A stretch of DNA of 64,000 bases from Schizochytrium sp. TIO01 (taxonomy: Eukaryota; Protista; Bigyra: Labyrinthulomycetes), in contig SMSO01000032.1 in NCBI GenBank assembly GCA_004764695.1, positions 7,534,483-7,598,482 on the forward strand, written 5' to 3'. This document shows, one piece after another, positions 47,385 to 57,024 of the stretch. The notes under the pieces were generated by a model. The model made no database searches, was not told the origin of the DNA, and saw only the letters and a list, made by a program, of their open reading frames with translations. The translations under genes were made by a program, and so were the position numbers. How positions within the stretch are numbered: the first letter of the stretch is position 1; every line of letters starts with the position of its first letter.

Positions 47385-49022
47385 TCAACTCTGCGCAGAT
47401 TGTGATACAACATCCAATGGCCACCTCGGAATTGCCGATGTTGCTTCGATCTCCTTTGGATCACTGAGAAGGAAGGTCTCTGGGTCATGCGCCGTGAGTT
47501 CAGCGCCAGCCCAAGCAATCATAACGCCATTATCTGTGCACAAGCGGGGAGGGGGCACATATAACGGAATACCAAATGTGTACGCAAGATCTTGAAGCCG
47601 CCGACGCAAGTCCTGGTTTGCAGCAACTCCTCCAGACACTACCAGCGCTGTAGGTGGTGTATCAGCTAGCGGTGTATCAGGCCTCCTAAGGAACTCCTTC
47701 TCATACTTGCGGCGTACGGCGTTGCTGGAATTTTCCCAACGCTCCTCCGGCATTGTGCAGCCCGAAAACACGAGTGCACGACGCGTGGAGTTTTCAATAT
47801 GCGTGAAGGCAGCATGCTGAAATCCAGCCGCAACATCCGCGCGACGCGATTCAAGAACTCCTGCGGCTTCGAGTTTCATACAGTGACGGCGCACAGAAGC
47901 TTTGAGACCAGAAAACGAAAAGTCGCAGGATCTTACATTCGGGGTACGCGTAAGTGGCACGCTGAAGGGTACGGAGTTCGCATCGCCACATGACGCCAGG
48001 GCCTCGACCTCTTTTCCAGGATGACCGTTGACGCCAATACAACCAAGCACGCGAGCAACCTTATCGAAGCACTCACCAGCAGCATCGTCGAGGGATTGGC
48101 CGATGACGCGGTAATCACGAACACCGTTTACGTGCACTAACAATGTGTGGCCTCCAGACGCAATGAGCGTAAGAAACGGGAACGACGCAGGAGAGGCCTC
48201 AAAGAGACGTGCCACAAGAGCGTGTGCCTCAAGATGGTTCACACGGATCAAAGGCACATTCGTAGCGACGGCCTGGGCAGACGCGACGTTGATGCCAGCC
48301 CAGAGGCATGGAGAGAGACCAGGCCCAGAAGTAACAGCGACGGCGTCTATGTCAGACCAGGTGAGCTTAGCCTCGCGAAGAGCCGCCTGCAGAACGCGAG
48401 GAAGGTTATCCTGATGGGCTCGAGCAGCCAACGTCGGAACAATTCCGCCATACTCCTGATGTATCTCAAATTGAGATGACACCACATTTGCGAGGATTTC
48501 TGCAGAGAGGCCGATAGAGCTTTGAGCTATGGATCTTGCGGTCTTAGAATCCTCATTCAAAGACGCAGAGCTCTGAGAATCTGTTTCTACAAACTTTGCA
48601 GGTTCTGAATTTGGGGCTCCTAGATCCAAAGAGCTCGAGTCTGAAGAGCACGTCAAATTCGAGGTGTCTTCTTGTGAAAAATCGATTTTCGATTTTGAAT
48701 GTGATGACAAGTTCGAATTTGCATCCATCTTCAAGGTCTTTGTCGAGGCAATATCGGCAGAGTCCATCGTACTCGAGGTAGGGCTCTGATTTTTTCCTTG
48801 GGTGATTTCTGGAAGCTTCACCCTCAGAATGCCAACGCCAGTATCGTCGCAGCTTGTCTCCACACCCACGATGATGGCCTCACGGCGTCCGGAGCGGGGC
48901 CACTTGGCAAGTGATCGAGCCCATAATCGCACTGGTGCCCGCTGTGACAGTCCTGACACCTGGATACCAGCCCGAAGTGGTAGCAGGGACGCGCCAAACC
49001 TGGCAGCAGGACCCAGAACCAT
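47385..49022 (-). CDS. OSGEPL1: Mitochondrial tRNA t6A threonylcarbamoyltransferase (TsaD/Qri7/OSGEPL1)
   Basis: Arg-rich, acid-poor presequence. Motifs GVETSCDDTG, YGGIVP..AARAH, AVTSGPGL, VNHLEAHAL (metal-binding HxxxH), ASGGHT, LDDAAGECFDKVAR, FSFSGLK, SGGVAAN and LCTDNGVMIAWAG. First ATG is at 49022; the track start at 49031 is TTG. Confidence 0.94.
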   Translation of the reverse strand: MVLGPAARFGASLLPLRAGIQVSGLSQRAPVRLWARSLAKWPRSGRREAIIVGVETSCDDTGVGILRVKLPEITQGKNQSPTSSTMDSADIASTKTLKMDANSNLSSHSKSKIDFSQEDTSNLTCSSDSSSLDLGAPNSEPAKFVETDSQSSASLNEDSKTARSIAQSSIGLSAEILANVVSSQFEIHQEYGGIVPTLAARAHQDNLPRVLQAALREAKLTWSDIDAVAVTSGPGLSPCLWAGINVASAQAVATNVPLIRVNHLEAHALVARLFEASPASFPFLTLIASGGHTLLVHVNGVRDYRVIGQSLDDAAGECFDKVARVLGCIGVNGHPGKEVEALASCGDANSVPFSVPLTRTPNVRSCDFSFSGLKASVRRHCMKLEAAGVLESRRADVAAGFQHAAFTHIENSTRRALVFSGCTMPEERWENSSNAVRRKYEKEFLRRPDTPLADTPPTALVVSGGVAANQDLRRRLQDLAYTFGIPLYVPPPRLCTDNGVMIAWAGAELTAHDPETFLLSDPKEIEATSAIPRWPLDVVSQSAQS

Positions 49023-50255
49023 CACACGCAACGTTCTCAGGCGCTCAAGTTTGCAGCTTCAGCTTTGCCGCACAACCAGAGACGCCCCTTCTGCAGGGAC
49101 TGTCTGCACAACCCATTTTCAGAGCCTGCAGAACCCATTTTCGATGTGCTCAGCGGCAACGACCACCTCGACCAGATAAACGCAATAAGCGGGCTTCGCA
49201 TCGAGCTTTACCGTGAAGTCTTCTTTACAACACCAGACGTAACAGACAGAACTTTCTGATATCGGTCACAACTTGTTCAACTGCGATGGGTCGACTTCTA
49301 GTTAGTTTCATGAAATTCGCCCAGGACCAATTTACTTAGATTTGCAGCTAGCTGCCCAGACATTCCTTAAGCGAATAAAAGCCACGCAGATGCGGGTCTA
49401 CGCATGATTGCGCTACATTATCATGAAATGCGGCTTTGGAGGCCCATTTTATCTAGCGCAGTGATCCCTTGGCTTCTCAGCCCATACCTTTCCCTGTTCA
49501 TCCTGAGGCCTTTGCTGACTCAAGCTCATAATCTCAGGCTTCACCGCACCCTAATTAACCAACTTTGTCCACACAATTATATAATTTTTACCTGTGTTGT
49601 GAAGCATTCCCCGGGTTCCCCGCAGTGGTTATACGAAGTTTGAAGTAAGGATAGGGTATCTCTATAGTAAACGATAGCAGCGATACTTTAGATAGATAGC
49701 CTGAGAGCTACTGTGACATTCTATAGAGAAAGTCACATCTTGATGATCCTTGGCGCTCGCAGAAGCGCATCCAACGGTGGCGCCGTCTCCGCCAGACGCT
49801 GGCGCGAGGGCTTCCGCGAGTATAGGAGGCGCAGCGGAGGCGCCGGACGCAGTACTTGAGAGTGTTTGAAGTAGCACTCGGTCCCTGTGTTTCCCCAGAG
49901 ACCGGATCAGCTGCGCATCGAAGCCTCATCGAGGCAGTAGGAGCAGTGAGGAAGGAAAGCGCGTCTAGTGCTGCCTTCGCCCAGATTCCATACTCTGTTT
50001 TTTGGTCCTGGAACCTCAATTTCTCCATATCTTTGGTGGCCTCTTTGCTTCGATAGATAAAATTTCTACTTGAGGCCTATTTTGGGCAAAATTAGCTTGA
50101 CGATTCGAGAGTGATATTCGAGATTTAAATCGGATTCAAGGCTAACATCAGATATATATTTAGGTCCAGCATCAGACTGAGGTAGATTAGACTGCCTCAA
50201 ATCAGATTGGACTGGTTTGGATTAGATTGCTGGTTTAGGCAAAAGAGACGATACC

Positions 50256-53200
50256 ATGGTCACCTCCAAATTCCTCTCGGATGAGGAGCTTGATCGTGCA
50301 ATGCAGAACGAGGCAACTTGCGGTTGGATTGTACGCAAAGCTGAGGAAAAGCTTCAGCGTCTCGAGACCGAGGCTGAAGATCACTCAAAGCAGCTCGTTG
50401 ACCTTCGCGATGAGAATGTCAAGCTCCTCGAAAAGGTTCGCGACGGCGAGACCGCTGCAGCTCTTCAGAGCCAAATCGACCGCCTTGAATCTCAAGTCAT
50501 CCAACTCCGCGTAGAAAAATCTGACCAGGCCAATGAGCTGGAAAGAGCCTCGCGAAGGGCAAATGCTGCTGAGGAGCTTGCTGATAGCCTTCGTACGAGA
50601 ACCCGTGAGCTTCGCGACGAGCTTGAAGAACTGAACACGAGGTACCTTGAGCAGCAGAGAAATGCTGTGGCCATCGACGAGGCCCGGGCCCAAGGCCAAA
50701 CTATGATGGCTCAGGAAGAGGAAGCTTTGTGGATCCGTAAAATTGAGCTCAAAGACCGCGAAATCAACTGGCTTCGTAGTTCACTCAATCAGCGCGACTT
50801 GGAGGTTCGTGAAATGCGCTCTGCGAATGATGCCGCTACTCGCGAGCAAGACTCGCATATTAATGAGCTTTCGGAAAGCCTTCGTGTGAAGGAGGAACAG
50901 ATAATCAAACTCAACGCAAAGATTGACGGCATGGCAGCCGAATCTGTTGAAGTTGAGCGAAACCACGCGAGGGAATTACTCTCAGCCAACCAGAAGTTTG
51001 AGGAGGCTAATGAGTATGCTCGCAAGCAAAGCGAAATCAATGAGGAACGTGCAGAGATCATGAAGGGGGACGAGGCCCGTATCGCTGAACTTGAAGCGCG
51101 TATCGAAGAGGAAGTCAAGGCTCGCGAAGACCTCATTGACGGAAACATCAAGGTACTCGAGCAGCTCCAGGAGCAACACTCAGAAAACATCGCCGAGCTT
51201 CAACGCGAGCATGAGGCAGACATTAAGGCCTTGGAAAAGGAGCGGGCTGCCAAAGACGATGAAATCCGTCGCAAGACGGAAGAAATTCTTTGTATTGGAG
51301 ACCTTTCGCAGACTGCAGCAACGGAGGAGCTCGCTAAGCGGGGTATCTCGCTCACTGATGCCTTCGCAGAGCTCGAGAAGGCTCGCCAGGAACGTCGTCA
51401 GGACCAAGATGAAATTGCTCGACTCAAGGGGCACCTTGGTCGCATCCTTGAGGACATGGAGCGCACAGCCCCGCAGGTTAGAGAACTCCGAAACCAGCAT
51501 GCACTCCAAGTTGAAGAGCTTGAAAGGCTCAACTACGCCCTGAGCGATAGCATGGAGGAGGCAGACAATCTCCGTGTGGAGGCGAGAAGGAGCAACGAGG
51601 CCCGCAATCTCGCCGAAGAAGAGCTTGCAAACGCCAAGCTCAAGGTTGAAGACCTGACGCGACAGGTTCGCCAGCTCCTGCGTACACAACAGGAAGCACG
51701 TCGCGCCCAAGGTGACTCGGGCAAGCTTGTGGTCCCTCCACGTGCGATGAGTTATGGCAACGGGCTCGGCAATTCGACAGCGGCAGAGCTCGTTTCTCGA
51801 GAACTGGTGGTGTATTCTTCAATTGAAGAACTTCAGGCAAATCATATGAAGCTTCTGGCAGTGGTCCGAGACCTCATCATGCAACAGGAGGAGACCGAAG
51901 CTAGGCTACAAGAACGCATGAATGATGCAACCGGTCAGATTCTTCGTGCGAGTGAAGAAGAACTCGAGAGAGTTCGAGAGGACCGGAAACGGCAGGAAGA
52001 AGTTGTGCGTGCAATTGTCATGCAACGTAATATGTATCGCACATTATGCATGCAGAGCAATCAGCAGGCCCTTGAAACTGGACTTTTGCCGGATGCTGAG
52101 ATGGCCGAGGATGGAAATGTGCTTCTACTCAAGAATGCGCAAACCCCAACTCCTGCGAAGAAGAAGGTGTTTTCAACACCCGGTCAGAGCGGCGCTCCCA
52201 CCCCAGGATCGCATGCTGGTGGCAATATGACAGGCACGCCAATGTCTCTGCAGAGTCCTGCTCGAAATGACGCTGCTGGGGCTATTCAAAAGGACTTTGA
52301 CGACTTCCGTGAGGAGACCCACGCGAAAATGACAGAAATGCAAGATTTGCTTGATGATCGTCGCGAAAAACTCTCGAAAGCGCGTGCCGAAGCCCTCCAG
52401 GCCAATGCAGAGAGGGATGCTGCAAAGAAGCAGATCGAGTCTCTTGAACGTTACGGAGAGGATTTACGTCGCGACTTGGCCACTTCTCGTGAAAATTACC
52501 AGAAACTCACCCAGCAGCTTTCAGAGTCCTTCAAAACAAACACCAATACTTCTGAGGAGCTCAGTGACCTCCGTGATCAAGTCTCGCGATTTGATGAGGA
52601 GCGCTCTCAATGGGAGGCAAGCCGTGCTGCAAAAGAAGCAGAAATTGATTGGGTGCGCCAAGAGGTCACCCGTCTCCGGGAGCAGCTCAGCACACAAACA
52701 AAGATGCTTGATACATATGCCAACATGGAAGAAGGCCGTGTCGCCGAACTCACATCCTCCTTGCAGCGGCTAACCAAGGAGAACCAACGTCTTGAGGACC
52801 TCCTTGAAGATGTTCGTTCTTCCTCCAGCGAGGATCGTAAGGGTGCTATGCAGAGCAGTATTGAACTATCCGAGCGTGTGAAGAAGCTCGAAGAGTCTCG
52901 TTTGCAAGCTGAAGAAAGCGCTCGCACTGCTAACCTTCGAGCTACAGAAGCTGAGGCTTCTCTACAAAATGCAATTACGCGGGAGACATCGCTCAAGACC
53001 CAACTTGATGAAGTTCGTGGAATGCTTCGTAGACATGGAGTTGATTCTTCTGCTTCTCGAAGTGCTTCGCCAAGCACTAGTAACCAAGCTGGTACTGGTG
53101 AGGAGAGTGCTGCAATCTTGAAACGTGACTTGGAGGCCTGTCGCCGTGATCTTGAAACTTACCGTGCTATTGCGAAGGCAAATGAAGATGCTTTGGCTAA

Positions 53201-56200
53201 TTTGAGTAAAGCCAGTGACAAAATCAAGCTGGAGAAGAGTGAGGAGATTGCTAAACTCACTGCGGAGCGTGACGATCTTTCAAAGCGTATGGAGTCGTCC
53301 ACCAAGAGCTCGAACGAGCGTCTTGCCGAGCTGACTGCTAAGATCCAGTCTTTGGAGTCTTCCTTGGCAGAGGCTTCTCAGGCTTCCGCTGAGGCGCAGA
53401 GTAAACTCCAGGCTGCACAAGCGGCTAAGGACGCTGCTGAGTCTGAGGCCGAGCGGCAGCGGAAGGCGGCAGCTGATGCGAAGCAAACATACGATCGCGA
53501 ATTGCAGCTTCATGCAGAAGCCAAACGCGAGCTTGAAGAGGCACGCGCGGAGGCCAAGGAGGCCCGTGAAGCTCGCAACAAGGCAGTCAGCGAGGTTGAT
53601 GGTTTGAAGAGTTCGCTCGAGTCTACTCGTAAGTTTGCTGATGAGCAAAAATCAGCCCTTGAGCAGCATCGTGCCAGCGCAACAACTGAATTGGCTGACT
53701 ACAGCCGCCAAAACAAGCTTTTGGCGTCGCAGATTGAGCAACTGAATAATCGCATTCGCGACTTTCAAAGTTCCGGAAGCACCTCCTCTAACAACCAGCA
53801 AGATCAGACCGAGACTATTGAATTGGAACGCCTTCGCGAACTTTTGCGTATCTTTCAGCGCCAGCGCGACCGCAAGGTGGTTGAGGCCGAAGAAATTTCA
53901 CTTGATCTCTCACGCTGTCAGCAAGAGCTGGCTCACGTGCGAGAGGAACTTAACCAGACGAAAGAGCGCCTTCGTAAGGAGCTAGAGCGTCTTGGTGAAG
54001 AGGGCAAGGCTGTTTCACTCAATGAACTCCGTCGCTTGCAAGCTCTTGACAAAGAAATGGCGATGCTTCGGAAGCTAAACGTTATTGTTGAACAGGAGTC
54101 AAAGGACCACCAGGCGGCCCGTGAACGCGCGGAGAAGCGCGTGATAGAACTGGAGGCTAAATTGGCACCTTCTTCAGCCGACCAAGCTAAACAGAGCAGC
54201 CAAATCGCTGCACTGGAGGCTGATAAGGCCGGTCTTGAAAAAGAATGTTCTGCTTTGAAGCAACGCTACGACAGTCTGGTAAAGCGTTTTGGAGACAAGG
54301 TTGACCCTGCAGATCTTCAAAAGGCTGTGAGCGAACAGCAGCGGCTTACTGGTGCGACGACCAAGCTTCGTGCTGAAGTAGAGAAGCTTCGCGCAGATTC
54401 TGAGAAGTTCCAGGCCGAACTTGAGAAGACTCGTGCTGAGAAGGCATCCGCGGAGAAAGCACGCGCAGATGAAGAATCCAAACGTTTGAAGATCCGTGAC
54501 CTGGCCATCAAGCACCGCAATGATGCTCAGACCAAGGCGAAAGAGATTGAAAGTCTCAACAAACAGCTTGCAACTAAAACTGAAGAGTTAGAGAAATCTA
54601 AACGCAGCTCGGTGACTGCTGTGCCTTCTGCTGACCACTCTGCTATCGAAGCACTCAAAAACGAGATCAAGGCAAAGAATGATATAATTGCTAAACTTAA
54701 GGAATCTGCTCGGAGCTCGCCTTCCCCGGCCAGTGGAGTAACAGGAACTGCAAGCAGCCCTGTGGAAGCAACCACAACCGCTCCTTCTGGTGAAGCATCT
54801 ACTGGCAATGCCAAGCGCAAGCGCGAGTTGAACGCCGACGCACCTTCGTTTACGCCAGGAGGCGCCACCAGTGAATCAACTTCTTCGGACCAGCCGCCTG
54901 CTGGAAGTACCGAAAAGCAAGACAGTGCTGACCCTCCAACCAAGAAGGTCCGCTCTGTAAGCGATGCCTCATCTGGCTCTGCGTCTGAGAAGAAAGGAGA
55001 TCTGCAAGCAAAGATTGCACTGATGAAAGCACGTATTGCGGCAGAAAAACAAAAGAAACAGCAGAAGGGTGGAGCTGAGGCTTCTCCCGGAGCAACTTCC
55101 AGTGGAAAGGCATCTGTGACAAAATCAAAGGCGGCAGAACCTACTGAGGCTGCAATGAGTGTAGAAGAGGCGCGCATTGCTGCAAGGGCCAAGCGTTTTG
55201 GTACTGTCACTGATGAGGCTGCTGCAGCTCTTGGTCGTAAGAGCAGTCAACCCTCGTCATCCAGCACGAGTTCCGAGAATACGTCTCCAAGTGCACCTGG
55301 TATGACAACTACCAAGCCTCTGTTTGGAGCTGGAGCCACAGCAACTGCTTCTACTTCAACAGGTGGCTTTGGATCTTCTGATTCTAGTTTTGGAAAGCAA
55401 GCTGCTTCTGCAACCTCATCCTCGGCGACTACTTCAAGTGGTTTCGGCAGAACTTCTGGCTTTGGTTCATCAACATCTACCTTCAAACAACCCAATACGT
55501 CTGGATTTGGAAAGTTTGGTGCAGGCGCGACCTCGGGTGGCTTTGGTACCTCTTCAGGTTTCGGAACTTCTACCCAGACAACTACCTCGTCTTCATCTGC
55601 GTTGCCCTCTGCTCAGCAGACAGAGAGTAAGCCCACCGGATTTGGTATGCCTTCGTCTTCATCTGGATTTGGCTCTTCTTCCACTTTTGGTTCTTCAACC
55701 GCGACCTTCCCTACGCCTACGTTTGGCTCTGGTTCTGCTATGGGCAAACCTTCCTCAGGTGGATTTGCTCCAAGCGCATTTGGTGGTTTTGGCAAGAGCA
55801 CTTCGGATGCAACGTCTTCATCCAGCGCTGAGAACTCTGGATCCTCATCGCAGCAGGTTTCGGGCTTTGGCAGCTTTGGCAAACAGACCGAAGATGAGGA
55901 GAGCAAGCGCCAGGTCGAGACTGTACCAGCTGCTGAGGACGACGAACATGTTGGTGTTGATGACGAGGCCGACGATGACGAGGAAGGCAGCAACGATCAG
56001 CAGGAAAACGAAGACGTTGACGCGGCTGAGGACGATGACCAGGCTGACGATGACGAAGAGGATGCTGATGCTGAGGACGACGAGGGTCAGAACGACCAGG
56101 GAGATTCCAGTGGTCACCAAGCGCAAGATGGAGATGATGAAGACGATGAGGATGAGGATGATGGCGACGGCCATGACGATGGCGATGGCCATGACGAAGG

Positions 56201-56324
56201 CGATGCTGAAGGGGATGAGGAAGAGGATGACGACGAAGAAGAAGAGGACGAAGAAGAAGAGGAAGAGGAGGAGGAAGATGACGACGATGACGACGATGTC
56301 GTCGTTGTCGTTGACGATGACTAA
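50256..56324 (+). CDS. TPR: Nuclear-basket nucleoporin TPR/Mlp1/NUA with an FG-rich and acidic C-terminal tail
   Basis: About 1480 aa of coiled coil with TPR-type blocks: SLTDAFAEL...ILEDMERTAP, LVVYSSIEELQANHMKLLAVVRDL, QRNMYR, YRAIAKANEDAL and AKQTYDRELQLHA. Disordered tail with a KRKR NLS-like motif. Confidence 0.9.
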   Translation: MVTSKFLSDEELDRAMQNEATCGWIVRKAEEKLQRLETEAEDHSKQLVDLRDENVKLLEKVRDGETAAALQSQIDRLESQVIQLRVEKSDQANELERASRRANAAEELADSLRTRTRELRDELEELNTRYLEQQRNAVAIDEARAQGQTMMAQEEEALWIRKIELKDREINWLRSSLNQRDLEVREMRSANDAATREQDSHINELSESLRVKEEQIIKLNAKIDGMAAESVEVERNHARELLSANQKFEEANEYARKQSEINEERAEIMKGDEARIAELEARIEEEVKAREDLIDGNIKVLEQLQEQHSENIAELQREHEADIKALEKERAAKDDEIRRKTEEILCIGDLSQTAATEELAKRGISLTDAFAELEKARQERRQDQDEIARLKGHLGRILEDMERTAPQVRELRNQHALQVEELERLNYALSDSMEEADNLRVEARRSNEARNLAEEELANAKLKVEDLTRQVRQLLRTQQEARRAQGDSGKLVVPPRAMSYGNGLGNSTAAELVSRELVVYSSIEELQANHMKLLAVVRDLIMQQEETEARLQERMNDATGQILRASEEELERVREDRKRQEEVVRAIVMQRNMYRTLCMQSNQQALETGLLPDAEMAEDGNVLLLKNAQTPTPAKKKVFSTPGQSGAPTPGSHAGGNMTGTPMSLQSPARNDAAGAIQKDFDDFREETHAKMTEMQDLLDDRREKLSKARAEALQANAERDAAKKQIESLERYGEDLRRDLATSRENYQKLTQQLSESFKTNTNTSEELSDLRDQVSRFDEERSQWEASRAAKEAEIDWVRQEVTRLREQLSTQTKMLDTYANMEEGRVAELTSSLQRLTKENQRLEDLLEDVRSSSSEDRKGAMQSSIELSERVKKLEESRLQAEESARTANLRATEAEASLQNAITRETSLKTQLDEVRGMLRRHGVDSSASRSASPSTSNQAGTGEESAAILKRDLEACRRDLETYRAIAKANEDALANLSKASDKIKLEKSEEIAKLTAERDDLSKRMESSTKSSNERLAELTAKIQSLESSLAEASQASAEAQSKLQAAQAAKDAAESEAERQRKAAADAKQTYDRELQLHAEAKRELEEARAEAKEAREARNKAVSEVDGLKSSLESTRKFADEQKSALEQHRASATTELADYSRQNKLLASQIEQLNNRIRDFQSSGSTSSNNQQDQTETIELERLRELLRIFQRQRDRKVVEAEEISLDLSRCQQELAHVREELNQTKERLRKELERLGEEGKAVSLNELRRLQALDKEMAMLRKLNVIVEQESKDHQAARERAEKRVIELEAKLAPSSADQAKQSSQIAALEADKAGLEKECSALKQRYDSLVKRFGDKVDPADLQKAVSEQQRLTGATTKLRAEVEKLRADSEKFQAELEKTRAEKASAEKARADEESKRLKIRDLAIKHRNDAQTKAKEIESLNKQLATKTEELEKSKRSSVTAVPSADHSAIEALKNEIKAKNDIIAKLKESARSSPSPASGVTGTASSPVEATTTAPSGEASTGNAKRKRELNADAPSFTPGGATSESTSSDQPPAGSTEKQDSADPPTKKVRSVSDASSGSASEKKGDLQAKIALMKARIAAEKQKKQQKGGAEASPGATSSGKASVTKSKAAEPTEAAMSVEEARIAARAKRFGTVTDEAAAALGRKSSQPSSSSTSSENTSPSAPGMTTTKPLFGAGATATASTSTGGFGSSDSSFGKQAASATSSSATTSSGFGRTSGFGSSTSTFKQPNTSGFGKFGAGATSGGFGTSSGFGTSTQTTTSSSSALPSAQQTESKPTGFGMPSSSSGFGSSSTFGSSTATFPTPTFGSGSAMGKPSSGGFAPSAFGGFGKSTSDATSSSSAENSGSSSQQVSGFGSFGKQTEDEESKRQVETVPAAEDDEHVGVDDEADDDEEGSNDQQENEDVDAAEDDDQADDDEEDADAEDDEGQNDQGDSSGHQAQDGDDEDDEDEDDGDGHDDGDGHDEGDAEGDEEEDDDEEEEDEEEEEEEEEDDDDDDDVVVVVDDD

Positions 56325-57024
56325 ATAAGAATGCAAAATTTGCAAGGGTCTACTATTTGGCTTAAACTTTGCAGCTGTAATAGACGTACATACTTTATTT
56401 GAATCCACCCTCCCGCCCGTGATCCTTTTTTAGGAGGCCTTTAGTCTCCTTTGCTATTCTTTATTCTTCGCTTTATGTCCACTCCGTTTAAGATTCAACG
56501 CAATAGCAATAAGCATTAAAATAATTCAAAGTTTAATTGCACGTACGTTTATCTTCACCTTGATGGGTTAAGCTAGCCTTGTTTGCTGTTATCATATGAT
56601 GTCTTTTCTCTACGAAAGCATCATGCTATAAGTACTGAGTAGTGTAGTTGGACTTGAGAATTTTTTAAACCAATCCTTGGTCTGCAGAAAATCAGTATCT
56701 TGGTCTGCATTTGCATTATTATTTACAATCGGTACCTGAGCGTATTTTTTATACTACACATGAACGCATATCTGTTGGCTTGTTTTTATAATTTTTTATC
56801 ATACCATGGTAAACTTTTTATTATCCTCTTTTTATAATAATAATAAAACTTTCGCTTTATGATGGAGAAGTTAGAATGAAACAGAACACCATTCGAGATC
56901 ACCTTTGTGCGGTGCCTTAAACTCTATCCAGTGAAGCAACGGCATAAGGTCTGTTGTAGAGTACGCCGATTTACAATTTCTCACGCGCTTGGGTCAGCAC
57001 CTGCGGCATCCCGGCTTCCGCATA

